Assembly: GCF_046119375.1 (NCBI RefSeq)
Contig: NW_027362763.1
Coordinates: forward strand, 240,684,001 to 240,748,000
DNA length: 64,000 nucleotides
From: Phyllobates terribilis
Lineage: Eukaryota
Direction of reading: 5' to 3'
The position numbers were made by a program, and so were the translations under genes. The notes under the pieces were generated by a model. The model was not told the DNA's origin and searched no databases. It worked only from the letters and a program-made list of their open reading frames with translations. Shown piece by piece: positions 60,933-64,000 of the stretch (within the stretch, counting starts at the first letter, position 1; every line of letters starts with the position of its first letter).

Positions 60933-61895
60933 CTAGTTTAAAGCTCTTCTGATGAGTGTAGCAAGGCGACTTCCAAATACATGTTTTCCAGTCTTCGTAA
61001 GGTGCACCCCATCTCTAGCAAGTAATCCATCGTATAGGTAATTCATTCCGTGATCCAGAAATCCAAATCCTTGTTGACGGCACCATCGACGTAGCCAGTT
61101 GTTCACCTGTAGAATCTTATTCCACCTCATTGTTCCATGGTCATCCACTGGGAGGATAGATGAGAAGACCACCTGCGCTCCCAATTCTTTCACTTTCTTG
61201 CCTAAGTCTTCAAAGTCACTGCAGATGGTTTCCAGGTCCTTTCTTGCGGTGTCATTTGTCCCCACGTGTATTAGCAGGAATGGGTAGTGATCTGTAGGTC
61301 TGAAGAGTCTTGATATCCTGTCAGACACATCTTTAATTTTTGCTCCTGGAAGACAGCACATTTCTCTTGAGGTTATGTCTGGTCTGCAGATAGCGGCCTC
61401 TGTACCTCTTAACAGGGAATCCCCCATGACCACCACTCTCCTTTTTTTCTTCACAACATTCTTCTTTCTCCATCCAGGAGGATTCTGATGGCTTACAAGG
61501 TTATTCATTGCTGGCAAAGTCTTATTTTGCTGTATTTCTTCATGGTTCTCCTGCGTGAGAGCCTGTTACTGGTTTCTGAGCAGTATGGGTGCTGACTGCC
61601 TCTCGATCCTCCTGCTTCTGTGGGTCACATGCTTCCATTCCTCTGTTTCGTCAGGTGCAGTTCGAATTTCTTCTCTTTCTGAATCATGAAGAGATAATTC
61701 TGCTCTGTCTAAGAACTCTTCACCTTCCTTAATGATTTTCAAGGTAGTTAACCTCTCTTCTAGATTTCGCAACTTTTCCTCCAACAGGGACACAAGCTTG
61801 CATTTCTGGCATGTGAAGTTTGGCTTTTCCACTGGCAAGTCTGTGAACATGTAGCAGGATATGCAGCTCACCAAATGGCTCCTGGACTCTTCCAT
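60933..61895 (-). pseudogene. CR1 ORF1 (zinc finger/leucine zipper plus SGNH esterase) with one nonsense codon
   Basis: CISC...CQKC followed by a leucine zipper; GDSLL, HVGTND and DGVH esterase blocks. In-frame TAA at 61566-61568. Confidence 0.88.
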
Positions 61896-64000
61896 GTTCT
61901 TATTGTTAATGTTCTGAAAACAGTGAAAAAAGCTTCAAAAAAACATTGGGACATTGCTTATTTTCTCGTATGGGGCTACAATCTTACCAGTGGGTAGTTG
62001 TGATTTACCTGCCTGTTCTGACCAGCAACGATCTATGCCAGCTTAAAGCAGTCATGGACCACTTCTGTCTGCGTTTTTGCTGCTTCTGGTGACATCACAT
62101 TGATAGAGCAGCCTTTTCTTCTTCGTCAGCTCTGCTCTGTTGATGGGTGTTACTGCCGATTTCATGCTGATTGACAGCCAGCTCCCTGCTGTCTAACTGC
62201 AACCCTATCAGCATTTCGTTGTCAGTTACACCCTGTCGATAGCGCAGACCAGAAGAGATAGAGCTGCTCTGTTGACGTGAGGTCAAAGGAAGCTGGAGAG
62301 TCACTGACTAAGAGATCAGAAATCATTGATGGGCAGAACAGGCAGGTAACTAGCAACTCTATTCCAGTAAGTTCTTAGTCCCATATGAAAAAATAACCAA
62401 AGTCCCGGATAACCCCTATCTGGGACTTTAAAAAAAAAAGAAATGTAGCTGCTAGCAGACACAACTACCTGTCTGTTGTACCCAGCGCCGGTCATCGACC
62501 ACTCCTGCCAGAGATTCAGCAGTTCCTGTCAATAGAGCAGCGATTTCTCTTCCTGTTGACAGGGCGGGAATACGGGCGTCATGCTGATTGACTGCCGGCT
62601 TCCCCCAGTTAGGCAGTAGAGAGCCCGCTGTCAATCAGCATGACACCAGTAGTCCCGCCCTGTCAACAACAAGAGAAACTGCTGCTCTGTTGACAGGAAC
62701 TGTTGAATCTCTGGCCTCTGTTAGCAACTATATGCCTTTTTTTTTTAAAGTCCCAGATATCCCCTTTAAATAGTAGTAAATAGCATCTACCATCATTTAA
62801 AGTGATTCTGATTAAATAAAGTTTTCCTGTTCTCGAAGGATTTTTCTGACATTTTTTTAGTTGAATTTCACTGCAAAATCTATGATTCGTTAACAGCTTA
62901 CAACACAACAAAGAGATCTCTTTGTTGAAATTTATCAAGCTGAAGAAAAGTGCAAGAAGATTTCTAAGGCATTAGATACACTTTGAAGAAGTTCATAAAG
63001 AATTGGCTTAGATTTGGAACTACTTAGTGACGTTATCTAGAACTGGACGTCTCTAAAGTTGATGAAAAGAGAAGAAGAAAATTGGTCCAGAAGGCTGCCA
63101 ATACACTCACAGCAACTGCAAGAAATTTTGGAAAGTTCTGGTTGTGTGATGCATTTGACAACAATCTCCCGTATTCTTCATATATCTGTCCTGAGGGGTA
63201 GGGTGGCAAGATGGAATCCTTTTGTTACAAAGAAAAACATCCAGGTCTGTCTATGTTTTGCCAAAACTTACATCAAGTCTGCCAAAAACATGTGGGAAAA
63301 AAAGTGTTATAGTCTGATAATTTAAGAAAAGTATGTTTGGCGCAAAGCCAACACTGAGCTTTACCAAAAGAACACCATACCCACAGTGAAGTATGGTGAA
63401 GGTGGCATTTTTTGATGGGGCTTTTTTGGCAGCTGGAACTGGGACTTAAGACAAGGTGAAGGGAATTATGAACAATTCCGAATATCAGTTAATTTTGCAT
63501 CAAAACCTTCAGGCCTCTGCTAAAAAGTTGAAGAGGTAATTCACCTTTAAGCATGACAATGACCCCAAGCATGCCTCCAATCAACAAAAGAATGTCCCCA
63601 CCAGCAGAAGAGTGGGCAAAGATTGCCAATTCTAGATGTGCCATGCTGATAGACTACTATCCAAAAAGGCTGAATGTTGTCATAAATTCAAAGGGTACTT
63701 CAACAAACTTTTAGCATAAGGAAGTGCATATTTATGCAACCAGACATTAATTGTTTTTATTTTTTCACACAAAAATATCTTAAGTTTGTTTTTCAATTGA
63801 ATTGTACAGATTATAGGTGACCATTTAAAGTGGAATAAGTTATGAAATGATTCCCAGTATGATTTTTTTATATGACAAAAACCTAGCATTTTAACAGGCG
63901 TGTGTAGACATTTTATGTCCACTTAATATGCAGTTTGGTATCTTCCAGCAAGGATGTAGCTAATCACAGGGATAACAGAGAAATATATGCAGTATGGTAA

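Larger units (their letters stand above)
57928..61944 (-). mobile_element. Near full-length CR1 LINE
   Basis: (ATTCTATG)n tail, ORF2 and ORF1 all present; very similar to the copy at 46187-48581. Confidence 0.95.
57917..62765. mobile_element. Two abutting TTAA MITEs; the first is split in its left TIR by the CR1
   Basis: TTAA at 57913-57916 and 62766-62769. Left AGGGCTTATC plus TTGGGACATTG (61946) mirrors AAAGTCCCGGATAACCCCT (about 62398-62417). A second palindromic MITE runs about 62418-62765. Confidence 0.7.
57661..63924 (+). mobile_element. Tc1 element split by TTAA MITEs and CR1
   Basis: Left end TA-CAGTGAATATAAAAATTCTACATACCC; right end GTGTGTAGACATTTTATGTCCACT. A degenerate transposase lies at about 62890-63710 (NPFVTKKNIQ, PTVKYGEG, KHDNDPKHAS). 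Confidence 0.85.

Overview
This is vertebrate, repeat-dominated DNA, most likely from a frog. That is an inference from the mix of Tc1 elements, TTAA-target T2/Kolobok-type MITEs, hAT MITEs, CR1 with an esterase ORF1, V-SINE and chromoviral Gypsy. I could not identify a host gene, and there are no rRNA, tRNA or CRISPR features. Most short ORFs in the track are artefacts of repeats or antisense frames. The window holds six long Tc1 copies plus one isolated Tc1 end, many hAT, Harbinger and TTAA MITEs with readable target-site duplications (TSDs), two sister CR1 LINEs (one near full length), and a nearly intact chromodomain Ty3/Gypsy element with a Tf1/sushi-type self-priming signature. The standout is a young 4.85-kb LTR element at 34963-39810. 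It has near-identical 1.19-kb LTRs, a GTTG TSD, a 19-nt tRNA-Ser primer-binding site (PBS) and a polypurine tract (PPT). It has no recognisable gag, protease, RT, RNase H or integrase. Instead it carries one uninterrupted 680-codon ORF ending in a cold-shock (Y-box/Lin28-type OB-fold) RNA-binding domain. It sits at the bottom of a four-level nest. All coordinates, alignments and counts were read by eye; no database searches were run.
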